A stretch of 64,000 nt of DNA from Felis catus. Taxonomy: Eukaryota. The notes under the pieces are model-generated. The model worked only from the letters and a program-made list of their open reading frames with translations, had not been told where the DNA came from and searched no databases. Position numbers and translations under genes: made by a program. Location of the stretch: positions 100,750,001 to 100,814,000 of the forward strand of contig NC_058377.1 in the NCBI RefSeq assembly GCF_018350175.1. The letters are read 5' to 3'. Positions 12,625 to 24,990 of the stretch are shown one piece after another. Numbering within the stretch: position 1 is the first letter of the stretch; each line of letters begins with the position of its first letter.

Positions 12625-13520
12625 ATGACCAAGCGGAAGAATTCCCCTCAGAAGAATCTCCAGGAAATAACAACAGCTAATGAGCTGATCAAAAAGGATT
12701 TAAATAATATAACAGAAAGTGAATTTAGAATAATAGTCATAAAATTAATCACTGGGCTTGAAAACAGTATAGAGTACAGCAGAGAATCTCTTGCTACAGA
12801 GATCAAGGGACTAAGGAACAGTCACGAGGAGCTGAAAAACACTTTAAATGAAATGCAAAACAAAATTGAAACCACAACGGCTCGGATTGAAGAGGCAGAG
12901 GACAGAATAGGTGAACTAGAAGATAAAGTTATGGAAAAAGAAGAAGCTGAGAAAAAGAGAGATAAAAAAAAAATCCAGGAGTATGAGGGGAAAATTAGAG
13001 AACTAAGTGATACACTAAAAAGAAATAATATACGCATAATTGGTATCCCAGAGGAGGAAGAGAGAGGGAAAGGTGCTGAAGGGGTACTTGAAGAAATAAA
13101 GCTGAGAACTTCCCTGAACTGGGGAAGGAAAAAGGGATTGAAATCCAAGAGGCACAGAGAACTCCCTTCAGACGTAACTTGAATCGATCTTCTGCACGAC
13201 ATATCATAGTGAAACTGGCAAAATACAAGGATAAAGAGAAAATTCTGAAAGCAGCAAGGGGTAAACGTGCCCTCACATATAAAGGGAGACCTATAAGACT
13301 CGTGACTGATCTCTCTTTTGAAACTTGGCAGGCCAGAAAGAATTGGCACGAGATTTTCAGGGTGCTAGATAGAAAAAATATGCAGCCGAGAATCCTTTAT
13401 CCAGCAAGTCTGTCATTTAGAATAGAAGGAGAGATAAAGGTCTTCCCAAACAAACAAAAACTGAAGGAATTTGTCACCACTAAACCAGCCCTACAAGAGA
13501 TCCTAAGGGGGACCCTGTGA
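12625..13520 (+). pseudogene. L1 ORF1p, frameshifted near 13099
   Basis: MTKRKNSPQ... coiled coil, then RNNIRIIGIPE; continues in another frame (ORF 13179-13520, ILYPASLSF, KPALQEIL). Confidence 0.9.
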
Positions 13521-13570
13521 GACAAAGTCCCAGAGACATCACTACAAGCATAAAACATACAGACATCACA

Positions 13571-16500
13571 ATGACTCTAAACCCGTATCTTTCTATAATA
13601 ACACTGAATGTAAATGGATTAAATGCGCCAACCAAAAGACATAGGGTATCAGAATGGATAAAAAAAAACAAGACCCATCTATTTGCTGTCTACAAGAGAC
13701 TCATTTTAGTCCTGAGGACACCTTTAGATTGAGAGTGAGGGGATGGAAAACTATTTATCATGCTACTGGAAGCCAAAAGAAAGCTGGAGTAGCCATACTT
13801 ATATCAGACAAACTAGACTTTAAATTAAAGGCTGTAACAAGAGATGAAGAAGGACATTATATAATAGTTACAGGGTCTATCCATCAGGAAGAGCTAACAA
13901 TTATAAATGTCTATGCGCTGAATACTGGAGCCCCCAAATATATAAAACAATTACTCATAAACATAAGCAACCTTATTGATAAGAATGTGGTAATTGCAGG
14001 GGACTTTAACACCCCACTTACAGAAATGGATAGATCATCTAGACACACGGTCAATAAAGAAACAAGGGCCCTGAATGAGACATTGGATCAGATGGACTTG
14101 ACAGATATATTTAGAACTCTGCATCCCAAAGCAACAGAATATACTTTCTTCTTGAGTGCACATGGAACATTCTCCAAGATAGATCATATACTGGGTCACA
14201 AAACAGCCCTTCAGAAGTTTACAAGAATTGAAATTATACCGTGCATACTTTCAGACCACAATGTTATGAAGCTTGAAATCAACCACAGAAAAAAGTCTGG
14301 AAAACCTCCAAAAGCCTGGAGGTTAAAGAACACCCTACTAACGAATGAGTGGGTCAACCAGGCAATTAGAGAAGAAATTAAAAAATATATGGAAACAAAC
14401 GAAAATGAAAATACAACAATCCAAACGCTGTGGGTCGCAGCGAAGGCAGTCCTGAGAGGAAAATACATTGCAATCCAGGCCTATCTCAAGAAACAAGAAA
14501 AATCCCAAATACAAAATCTAACAGCACACCTAAAGGAACTAGAAGCAGAACAGCAAAGGCAGCCTAAACCCATCAGAAGAAGAGAAATAATAAAGATCAG
14601 AGCAGAAATAAACAATATAGAATCTAAAAAAACTGTAGAGCAGATCAACGAAACCAAGAGTTGGTTTTTTGAAAAAATAAACAAAATTGACAAACCTCTA
14701 GCCAGGCTTCTCAAAAAGAAAAGGGAGATGACCCAAATAGATAAAATCATGAATGAAAATGGAATTATTACAACCAATCCCTCAGAGATACAAACAATTA
14801 TCAGGGAATACTATGAAAAATTATATGCCAACAAATTGGACAACCTGGAAGAAATGGACAAATTCCTGAACACCCACACTCTTCCAAAACTCAATCAGGA
14901 GGAAATAGAAAGCTTGAACAGACCCATAACCAGCAAAGAAATTGAATCGGTTATCAAAAATCTCCCAACAAATAAGAGTCCAGGACCAGATGGCTTCCCA
15001 GGGGAGTTCTACCAGACGTTTAAAGCAGAGATAATACCTATCCTTCTCAAGCTATTCCAAGAAATAAAAAGGGAAGGAAAACTTCCAGACTCATTCTATG
15101 AAGCCAGTATTACTTTGATTCCTAAACCAGACAGAGACCCAGTCAAAAAAGAGAACTACAGGCCAATATCCCTGATGAATATGGATGCAAAAATTCTCAA
15201 TAAGATACTAGCAAATCGAATTCAACGGCATATAAAAAGAATTATTCACCATGATCAAGTGGGATTCATTCCTGGGATGCAGGGCTGGTTCAACATTCTC
15301 AAATCAATCAACGTGATACATCACATTAACAAAAAAAAAGAGAAGAACCATATGATCCGGTCAATCGATGCAGAAAAAGCCTTTGACAAAATCCAGCCCT
15401 CTTTCTTAATAAAAACCCTTGAGAAAGTCGGGATAGAAGGAACATACTTAAAGATCATAAAAGCCATTTATGAAAAGCCCACAGCTAACATCATCCTCAA
15501 CGGGGAAAAACTGAGAGCTTTCTCCCTGAGATCAGGAACACGACAGGGATGCCCACTCTCACCGCTACTGTTTAATATAGTGTTGGAAGTTCTAGCATCA
15601 GCAATCAGACAACAAAAGGAAATCAAAGGCATCAAAATTGGCAAAGATGAAGTCAAGCTTTCGCTTTTTGCAGATGACATGATATTATACATGGAAAATC
15701 CGATAGACTCCACCGAAAGTCTGCTAGAACTGATACATGAATTCAGCAAAGTTGCAGGATACAAAATCAATGTACAGAAATCAGTTGCATTCTTATACAC
15801 TAACAATGAAGCAACAGAAAGACAAATAAAGAAACTGATCCCATTCACAATTGCACCAAGAAGCATAAAATACCTAGGAATAAATCTAACCAAAGATGTA
15901 AAGGATCTGTATGCTGAAAACTACAGAAAGCTTATGAAGGAAATTGAAGAAGATTTAAAGAAATGGAAAGACATTCCCTGCTCATGGATTGGAAAAATAA
16001 ATATTGTCAAAATGTCAATACTACCCAAAGCTATCTACACATTCAATGCAATCCCAATCAAAATTGCACCAGCATTCTTCTCGAAACTAGAACAAGCAAT
16101 CCTAAAATTCATATGGAACCACAAAAGGCCCCGAATAGCCAAAGGAATTTTGAAGAAGAAGACCAAAGCAGGAGGCATCACAATCCCAGACGTTAGCCTC
16201 TACTACAAAGCTGTCATCATCAAGACAGCATGGTATTGGCACAGAAACAGACACATAGACCAATGGAATAGAATAGAAACCCCAGAACTAGACCCACAAA
16301 CGTATGGCCAACTCATCTTTGACAAAGCAGGAAAGAACATCCAATGGAAAAAAGACAGCCTCTTTAACAAATGGTGCTGGGAGAAGTGGACAGCAACATG
16401 CAGAAGGTTGAAACTAGACCATTTTATCACACCATTCACAAAAATAAACTCAAAATGGATAAAGGACCTAAATGTGAGACAGGAAACCATCAAAACCTTA

Positions 16501-17397
16501 GAGGAGAAAGCAGGAAAAGACCTCTCTGACCTCAGCCGTAGCAATCTCTTACTCGACACATCCCCAAAGGCAAGGGAATTAAAAGCAAAAGTGAATTGCT
16601 GGGACCTTATGAAGATAAAAAGCTTCTGTACAGCAAAGGAAACAACCAACAAAACTAAAAGGCAACCAACGGAATGGGAAAAGATATTCACAAATGACAT
16701 ATCGGACAAAGGGCTAGTCTCCAAAATCTATAAAGAGCTCACCAAACTCCACACCCGAAAAACAAATAACCCAGTGAAGAAATGGGCAGGAAACATGAAT
16801 AGACACTTCTCCAAAGAAGACATCCGGATGGCCAACAGGCACATGAAAAGATGTTCAGCGTCGCTCCTTATCAGGGACATACAAATCAAAACCACACTCA
16901 GGTATCACCTCACGCCAGTCAGAGTGGCCAAAATGAACAAATCAGGAGACTCTAGATGCTGGAGAGGATGTGGAGAAACGGGAACCCTCTTGCACTGTTG
17001 GTGGGAATGCAAATTGGTGCAGCCGCTCTGGAAAGCAGTGTGGAGGTTCCTCAGAAAATTAAAAATAGACCTACCCTATGACCCAGCAATAGCACTGCTA
17101 GGAATTTATCCAAGGGATACAGGAGTACTGATGCATAGGGCCACTTGTACCCCAATGTTCATAGCAGCACTCTCAACAATAGCCAAATTATGGAAAGAGC
17201 CTAAATGTCCATCAACTGATGAATGGATAAAGAAATTGTGGTTTATATACACAATGGAATACTACGTGGCAATGAGAAAAAATGAAATATGGCCTTTTGT
17301 ACCAACGTGGATGGAACTGGAGAGTGTGATGCTAAGTGAAATAAGCCATACAGAGAAAGACAGATACCATATGTTTTCACTCTTATGTGGATCCTGA
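13571..17397 (+). CDS. L1 ORF2p (APE endonuclease, reverse transcriptase, C-terminal Cys domain) with a +2 frameshift in the A-run at ~13660-13668
   Basis: [18 protein letters not shown] start; 1247 uninterrupted codons 13654-17397 containing GDFN, SDH, QGCPLSP, FADD and CWRGC..HCWWEC. Confidence 0.9.
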
Positions 17398-19144
17398 GAA
17401 ACTTAACAGGAACCCATGGGGGAGGGGAAGGAAAAAAAAAAAAGAGGTTAGAGTGGGAGAGAGCCAAAGCATAAGAGACTGTTAAAAACTGAGAACAAAC
17501 TGAGGGTTGATGGGGGGTGGGAGGGAGGAGAGGGTGGGTGATGGGTATTGAGGAGGGCACCTTTTGGGATGAGCACTGGGTGTTGTATGGAAACCAATTT
17601 GTCAATAAATTTCATATAAAAATAGAATCATAAAAAAATAAATAAAGTCAGATAGTTATTAGCACCAAGGCCTATTTATTTTATCTGCCAAATTCAACAT
17701 ACTGAGCCTCTGTAATATTAATAAGTCATGTTGCTTGAATGCCTTATACCTGGTTCTTTTTCTCTTTACTCAATAAGGACAGTTAAAATTGCAAACAAGT
17801 TATTAATAAAATGAAAAGCAATACATTTCTGCTGTTCTAGTAAAGGGGAACTATTTTATATGGGCTCAGGAAAGTTACTTAAAATGTGCATATTATTTTG
17901 AACTTATGATCATTATTAAAATGCTCTATTTATATACATCATAAAATAAGGAATCACTTAAATAACCATTTTACATGGAAAGATACAATCTAAGAAACAG
18001 TGTTTTAGAAATGGATGTCTGAGGAGGGAATGCATTTCTCTTCTTTGACTTCAGTTTCTCTGCATATCCACAAATTTATCTTTCACTTTCCTTTGGTCCT
18101 TTTTTTTTTTTCAAGACACTCAATACATTTTAGTGAGCCTTTTAGTTTACAACATGAGGTGAAAGGATAGTCAGTCCTCTTTAACCAATATTTTACACAG
18201 CTGTAGGAAAATATTTCAAACTTTAGGGAATTATAACAGATAACATATATTACAGGTTGGGAAGCAGGTAAACAATATCTTCATTCTTCAATTTTCCAGT
18301 TGAGTCTTCCTTTCCAATAGTACCCAGCTCTAATTAGTTACATACATTTCTTCAAGGCCATGTTTCATTGTTGCTGATGTCTTCAGACCTGAAACTTTGC
18401 TATTTCAGTCAATATCTGCGAATTCTGCTTCAAAAATGTGTTTTGCATTGGGTGGAATTTTGGCACCTTTCTTTCCATAAGCCCATTGTGGATCAATCTC
18501 TAGTTAAGCCTTTTCTCCTTTACTCACTTATACACTTATACAATAAATTAACTCATTATTCATAAATTAATACAATTTACGTGCACTTATACAATCCTAA
18601 TTTTCCTCAAAATTTAGGAAATTATTTACATTGAATTATTTTTGAAATATTTATATGGAATTAGGAATTCTTTACTTTGAATCAAAAAAGGGTAATCCCT
18701 CTTTGGAGAGACTCTTACTTTACTTCTGTTCTGCTTGGACAAAGGACGATCATTTTGGGGTAAAAGTAACACCAACCATTTCGCTCTTACTCTGAGGAAA
18801 CCAAAGCCCGTAACACGTAAGTGATCCGGCCAAGGTTGTAAAAGCAATTGTTGACAGAAACGAAAGCAATCGGTTAAGACTCCAGACATATCTTCTACGA
18901 AACTCTAGCGGACAATCTTGTGTTTTCCTTCATTTCAAGTTGCCACATTTCAGTCTCTTTATGATAGATTCTGTTGCTTCTATATAGAACATGACATATT
19001 AGCCTCTGAAATTTTTGGTTGTGTGCCTCTCAATTTTGAAAATAATTTAATATTGAATATAAAATATTGCATCATAATTTTAAATAGCAGCCAAAAGTGT
19101 GATTTCTCTTACATAATATAATTCACTTAAAATACATAAATAAA

Positions 19145-19373
19145 GGGGCACCTGGGTGGCTCAGTGAATTAAGCATCCGACTTTGGCTCAGGTCATGATC
19201 TCACCATTCATGAGTTCAAGCCCGGTGTCGGGCTCTGTGCTGACAGCTCTGAGCCTGGAGCCTGCTTCACGTTCTGTGTTTCCCTCTCTCTCTGCCCCTC
19301 CCCCACTCACATTCCATCTCTCTCTCTGTCTCAAAGAATAAATACACATTAATTTTTTTTAATCTTAAAAAAA
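19145..19373 (+). mobile_element. CAN-SINE at a homology breakpoint
   Basis: Standard head and tail; no clear TSD. Confidence 0.88.
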
Positions 19374-20531
19374 GATAAAATGTGTTAATAGTTGTATTCA
19401 GAACAGTAACTGGGTCATAGAAAGTGGTCACTGTGAGCATTGGTTACTCTTCTTAGCAAAGGTGGTTTGTTATTCGCACCTATTTCTGGTATTTGACAGA
19501 AGTCTGGTTTGACTTCAGCCCCGTGCCTTCCAGCTTCTGAATATAACACAGGCAAAGTTGATAAGACATACTCATCTATTTCATAACGACGGTCTGATCT
19601 CTGGTTAACAGAGCAATGGTGGGTGCAGCAAAAAGTGCTCTACAATGTATCATGGACTCTGGGAGGAAACTTGTTGGGTTATAATAACAGGTGCCAAGCT
19701 GTTTATAGATTTTCCTCCTGTTTATATCTCATGGAAGGTGTTGTAGTTTCGGGATAGTAGTGTTCTCTTGACATCTCATTGATATATCAGAGAGATCAGT
19801 AGTTGTTTTGGGAAGCTTAGGGAACATGAGTCCCAGAGATACACACACACAAAACCATAAAGCATTTCCGTGGTAACATCTCCAGAACCAGGGGAACCAC
19901 ACTTCTCCCACAGGTAGCTGGACTACACTCTGTTTTCTTGGGGATGGGCATAAGTGATATTTTCCGGGAGCTGAATGCTTTTTCTCTATTTGTTCCTCAT
20001 GAGTGTAATTTACTATGGCCATTTCTATGAAAACGAGGAACCGTAGAGGAGGAGAGTAGTATCAAACATATTTTTAAAAGTCTGCATTAAAGTCCGCATT
20101 TCACTCTTTCTTGATTAGAGAGTGTTTTAAGAAATGCCGTGCTTCAATCACTTCTTTATGAAAACGTTTCTCCTGTGTGTCCCGAGACACAGTCTCAAAG
20201 GGGAACGTTAACTGTTTAATCTGCAGGACCAACAACCTTGTAACAGCTACTAGTGTAAGAGGGAAAAGGGTGGGAAGCAAATCGGGGAGAATGCATGGTC
20301 TCTCCTCGCCTTCCTCCTCTCGCACACTGACTCCATCCATGGAACCTGGAAAAGACCACGTGGAGGTTCCCCTGACAGTGAGCCTGGAGCCTGGAGTCTC
20401 TCTGATGCTGAGAGCTGCAGGAAGGGGCCCTCAGGACTGTTCCTGGAGGGACACAGACTTGGGGACCACCTGTGAGGCAGAAAGGAGAGGAATTACTTTG
20501 ATCCTGTGCACAAAATGAGAAATGTCTTTGC

Positions 20532-20790
20532 ATAGCAGGTTTCTCATCCTTGATACTATTGACCTTCTGGGTCAGATAATATTTGGGTGTTTGCGTGTGC
20601 TCTTGGTATGTGTGTGGGGGGTGGCGGGGGTGGGGCAGCCATGTGCACCATAGACTGTTCAGCAAAATCCCTGGTCTCTACCCACTAGATGTCACTAGCA
20701 CCCCTTCCTATTGGGAGAACCCAAAAACGTCTTGGGACAGAGCCACAGGTCCCAGAGGCATCAAAATATCTCCTGCTCCAGAACCACTTC
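20532..20790 (+). mobile_element. MER20-like hAT DNA transposon relic
   Basis: caggtttctca..actattgac..cagataat..atccctggtctctacccactagatg..gaaccact. Confidence 0.7.
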
Positions 20791-21344
20791 TCTATAAATA
20801 GTCAACAGCCTGATTTTTCACCTTTAGACTTGAAAACAGGCAAGGTTTCAACCTTGTGTACTATGTTGGGCTCAGAAAAAGACACCTCACTTTTACTGAC
20901 CATTGAAGAGAGAGAACCATATTATCAGAACAACTATTTGTTTTCAGACTGGGATTTCTCAACGCGCATATCTTTTACCTTTTTGAAATCATTTGACCAA
21001 AGGGGGACATACCTAGTGGCTTGAATCTTAGTGAAGACCGTGTTTCCTCCAGGAATAATCCACTGGGGACTCCACCTCATAAAGCAGGTTCTAATTTCTT
21101 TTCAAATGATTAGAAGAAAATATTTATTGTCATGGGTTTTGTAAGGATTAAACAGGCAGCAAATTATGTATGCATATACAATATTTTATGTGTACATTCT
21201 GGCTTAATGTTTTTTAACTTACCGTTTTATCATAATGATTATTCAGGCCATTAAAGGGCCTTCAAAAACATCCTGTAAATAGTTGCATAGATTTCCATAA
21301 TATATATGTACCCTAGCTTTCACCATTTCCCTCTTGTTTTTCAA

Positions 21345-21539
21345 ATCTTTTTAATATTTATCTATTTTTGAGACAGCATGTGTGAGCAGGGAAGGGGTAG
21401 AGAGAGGGAGACAGAGGATGCAAAACAGACCCCTGCACTGAAGACAGACAAGCAGATGCTGGGGTACAACTCACAAACTGTGAGATCATAACCTGAGCTG
21501 AAGTCAAACACTTAACCGACTGAGCCACCCACGTGCCCC
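21345..21539 (-). mobile_element. CAN-SINE
   Basis: TSD accatttccctcttg. Confidence 0.85.
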
Positions 21540-22349
21540 TGACCATTTCCCTCTTGCTGGACATATTATTGCTGAAATTTACTCTCATAAATAATGCTAC
21601 AATGCAGCAGGAAGACTTTTGGTAATACTTCCCTATGTACATCTTGGATTCGTTCTTCAAATAGATTTAAAACTGAATTTATTTGTCTAATAGGTTAAGG
21701 CTTCAGAGTCAGAGTTACAGGAAGTTTGAGACCAAGTACAAACTCCCTGAACAAAAAAAGACAAGAAAGACCATGATTAGGAGAATCACTATGTTACTTT
21801 ATAGAAAAAAAAAGCTTGTGTGGAGGATAAAAGCTACTTCCCCATCAAAAACATATGGATAAAAAATGAACACTTGTGGGTTAACAGTCTTCAACTGACA
21901 TGCTTCTCATCATTTCAGTGGAAAACAGGGAAGGATGTGGTGTATTTCAAAACATTATTTTCTGAGATCTCACTAGATTCAGTACTCAATAAACAGTCTG
22001 CCAGGAAAAAGGGGTTTGAGTTTCATAACACATTGTGGCTAATTATGTCTGAGGTCTTTCTAGCGATTCAGTGTCAAGCTGTAAATTGTGTAGGAGTCGC
22101 TTAAGGAATCATATACACCGTGATGGATGTGGATGTTTCTGTGTGATCTGTGAATCAACGTGTGCTCTTTCCACAATGCCTGCACTTTTCCTAAACTTCA
22201 CAAAAGCCATGTCCTAATTCTTTGCGGAAAAACTTATCTTACGTGTTTTCATGTCTTTTTTTTTAAGAGACTGCCAAAAAAAAGGATTTGAGATCATACA
22301 GTGGAGGATAACTATAAATATTTTTCTCCAACCTCAATCAAATGGGACC

Positions 22350-23285
22350 ATGGGCAAGGGAAACTGCTCCGGTGTGACCGAGTTCATTCTCCTCGGATTC
22401 GCAGAAGCCCCTGAGTTGAGAGTTGCCCTCTTCTCTGTGTTCTTTCTCATCTATGGAGTCACGGTGCTGGGCAACCTGGGCATGATGGCAGTGATTCAGG
22501 TCAGCTGTCACCTTCACACTCCCATGTACTTTTTCCTCAGCCACTTATCCTTTGTGGATTTTTGCTACTCCACCGTCATCGTGCCAAAGATGCTAACTAA
22601 TATCTTAAACGAGGACAAAACCATTTCCTTCCTGGGGTGCAGCGTGCAATTCTACTTGTTTTGTACATGTGTGGTAAGTGAGGTCTTCCTGTTGGCGGTC
22701 ATGGCCTATGACCGCTTCGTGGCCATCTGGAACCCACTGTTGTACACGGTCACCATGTCCCGGAATCTCTGTGTGGAGGTGGTGTCTTGTTGCTACCTGT
22801 GTGGGATGGTGTGTTCTCTGATCCACTTGTGTTTAGCTCTTGAGATCACATCCTACAGATCAAATGTGATTGACCACTTCTTCTGCGATCTGCCTCCTCT
22901 CTTGTCCCTTGCTTGCTCTGATGTGACTATGAATGAACTGCTGCTGTACATCGTGGCCACCTTCAATGAGATCACCACCATTGTGATCATCCTCACCTCC
23001 TACTTGCTAATTCTCATCACCATCCTGAGGATGCACTCTGCCGAGGGAAGGCGCAAAGCCTTTTCCACCTGTGCCTCCCACCTCACAGCCATCCTTGTCT
23101 TCCACGGAACAATCCTTTTCACTTACTGCCGGCCCAGTTCTGGCAACAGTATGGATACTGACAAGGTGGCCACGGTGTTCTACACTGTAGTGATTCCCAT
23201 GCTCAACCCCCTCATCTATAGCCTCCGGAACAAGGATGTGAAGGAAGCGCTCAGAAAAATGGTGAGCTCCAAAATATTTTCCTAG
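22350..23285 (+). CDS. Olfactory receptor, OR5L1/OR5L2-like (G2), 311 aa
   Basis: ORF 22251-23285; likely start is accATGG at 22350 (MGKGNCS with N-glycosylation sequon). OR5L-type CRPSSGNS and [10 protein letters not shown]; all OR motifs present except AIC>AIW. Confidence 0.93.
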   Translation: MGKGNCSGVTEFILLGFAEAPELRVALFSVFFLIYGVTVLGNLGMMAVIQVSCHLHTPMYFFLSHLSFVDFCYSTVIVPKMLTNILNEDKTISFLGCSVQFYLFCTCVVSEVFLLAVMAYDRFVAIWNPLLYTVTMSRNLCVEVVSCCYLCGMVCSLIHLCLALEITSYRSNVIDHFFCDLPPLLSLACSDVTMNELLLYIVATFNEITTIVIILTSYLLILITILRMHSAEGRRKAFSTCASHLTAILVFHGTILFTYCRPSSGNSMDTDKVATVFYTVVIPMLNPLIYSLRNKDVKEALRKMVSSKIFS

Positions 23286-23814
23286 AAAATATTTTCTTTG
23301 CGAGACTCAAGTTCCCACAGGGCAGGCTGGTTGAGCGGTGAATGGGTGGTTGTAGTGTTTGAGTGGAGGGTAGAGCCAGGGGGTAGGTAGTTAAGAGCGA
23401 TTCTTTTTGATTCACTTACCTTTATGAATCTTCCATTTGCCTCAAAGTTAGGACTGAGTATATTTCAAATTTTAAGCCTACTTCTTTTCTTTTCTTCAAT
23501 CTATAATCTTTGAAATGGATAGGAGTAATGGATTCCTAAGACATGTTTGGTTTGCTCTATAACCTTCATAAGCTTAATGAAGAACTCTTGAGAATCATGC
23601 TCTCTTTCAGTATCTATGATGGAAAATTCATTCCTTTTCAAAATTGAATTCCTGCCATTTTACAATGAAGAACACATCTTTGTCCAACAGTTGATACATA
23701 GAGTGCGATTTCCACATGCACACATGTCATTTTTATCTTTTTATTCTTTTTGATACATTTATTGCTTATTTTTTGTTTTCCTTATTATTTGTCTCAGTGT
23801 ACAGTGTTTTTGGA

Positions 23815-23937
23815 ACTTCAGATAGTATCTCATCTGAAAAAGTGGAGTTAATCTTAATTACTTCACATGGATGTTAGTAAAATTAAATTGCATGTCATGT
23901 GCAAAGAGCCTAGAATAATCCCTGGCACATAAATAGT
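23815..23937 (+). mobile_element. MIR relic (copy at +8713)
   Basis: ctcatctgaaaaagtgg..atgtgcaaagagcctagaa..cctggcacata. Confidence 0.6.
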
Positions 23938-24005
23938 TTTCTGTTTCTCTCTCTTCCTTCCCTTATATTGTCCTAATATTACATATATACTTTTGGTCAC
24001 ATGTG

Positions 24006-24039
<34 letters not shown>

Positions 24040-24224
24040 GATTTGCCATCATTGAATAACCCTTACTACAAGTAGCTGCATTTCTGACTTAGGTCACTTG
24101 TCACATTTTTGTTGTTTGTTTCCTCAATTTTTGTCTCCATTATAACTCTCCATTTGGATCAAACGCTGTCACTTAAAATTGGAATTCTAAGCTATTTGTA
24201 GAAAACATAAATATTTCATTTTCA

Positions 24225-24990
24225 AGCCAAAATATGGAAAGACCCTAAATGTCAACCAACTGATGAATGCACAAAGAAGATGTGATATATCTATATCTAT
24301 ATCTATATCTGTATCTATATCTATATCTATATCTATCATCTATATCTAGAGAGAGAGAGGAATATTACTGAGCCACCAAAAAGAGTGAAATCTTGCTATT
24401 TGCAACAACCTGGATGGAATTAGAGATGATTATGCTGAGTGAAATAAGTCAGTCAAAGGCAAATACCATATTATTTTCTCTCATATGTGGAATTTTTTTT
24501 TAATTTTTTTTTCAACGTTTATTTATTTTTGGGACAGAGAGAGACAGCGCATGAACAGGGGAGGGGCAGAGAGAGAGGGAGACACAGAATCTGAAACAGG
24601 CTCCAGGCTCTGAGCCATCAGCCCAGAGCCTGACGCGGGGCTCAAACTCCCAGACCGCGAGATCATGACCTGGCTAAAGTTCGACGCCCAACCGACTGTG
24701 CCACCCAGGCGCCCCTCATATGTGGAATTTAAGAAACAAAGCAGATGAATATAGTGGGGAAAAAAGAGAGCTAAACCATAGAATAGTCTCTTAACTAGGG
24801 AAGAAACTGAATGTTGCCAGATGGGAGGTGGGTGGGGGAATGGATTAAACGTGTGATGGATACTAAGGAGGGCAGTTGTGATGAGCACTGGGTGTTGGAT
24901 GTAAGTGATAAATCACTGAAATCTACATCTGGAATTGATATTACACTGTATGTTAACTAAATGGAATTTAAATAAAAACCTGAAAAAAAA
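24225..24990 (+). mobile_element. Carnivore L1 3' fragment inserted in the OR pseudogene
   Basis: ORF2 end, 3'UTR and A tail; TSD tcattttca at 24216-24224 and 24991-24999; internal (TATATC)n at ~24285-24347. Confidence 0.85.
24496..24715 (-). mobile_element. SINEC_Fc nested in the L1 fragment
   Basis: TSD tcatatgtggaattt. Confidence 0.9.

Larger units (their letters stand above)
11695..17639 (+). mobile_element. Full-length young LINE-1 (L1_Fc-like)
   Basis: CpG-rich 5'UTR starting with the YY1 motif aagatggcg, ORF1, ORF2, G-rich 3'UTR, AATAAA and a short A tail. 17-bp TSD aaataaagtcagatagt at 11678-11694 and 17640-17656. Confidence 0.97.

Noticed and set aside
11764-12680. Many overlapping GC-rich ORFs on both strands
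   Set aside because: They fall in the L1 5'UTR, where GC richness suppresses stop codons; no recognisable protein.
12822-17605. Minus-strand ORFs of 85-175 aa
   Set aside because: Antisense shadows of A-rich L1 ORF1 and ORF2.
22251-22349. 33-aa N-terminal extension of G2 (and 44 aa in G6, 50879-51010)
   Set aside because: The extensions run through a probable intron acceptor (poly-T then AG) and are not frame-conserved upstream of it; the MG.xNCS start has strong Kozak context and gives a normal OR length.
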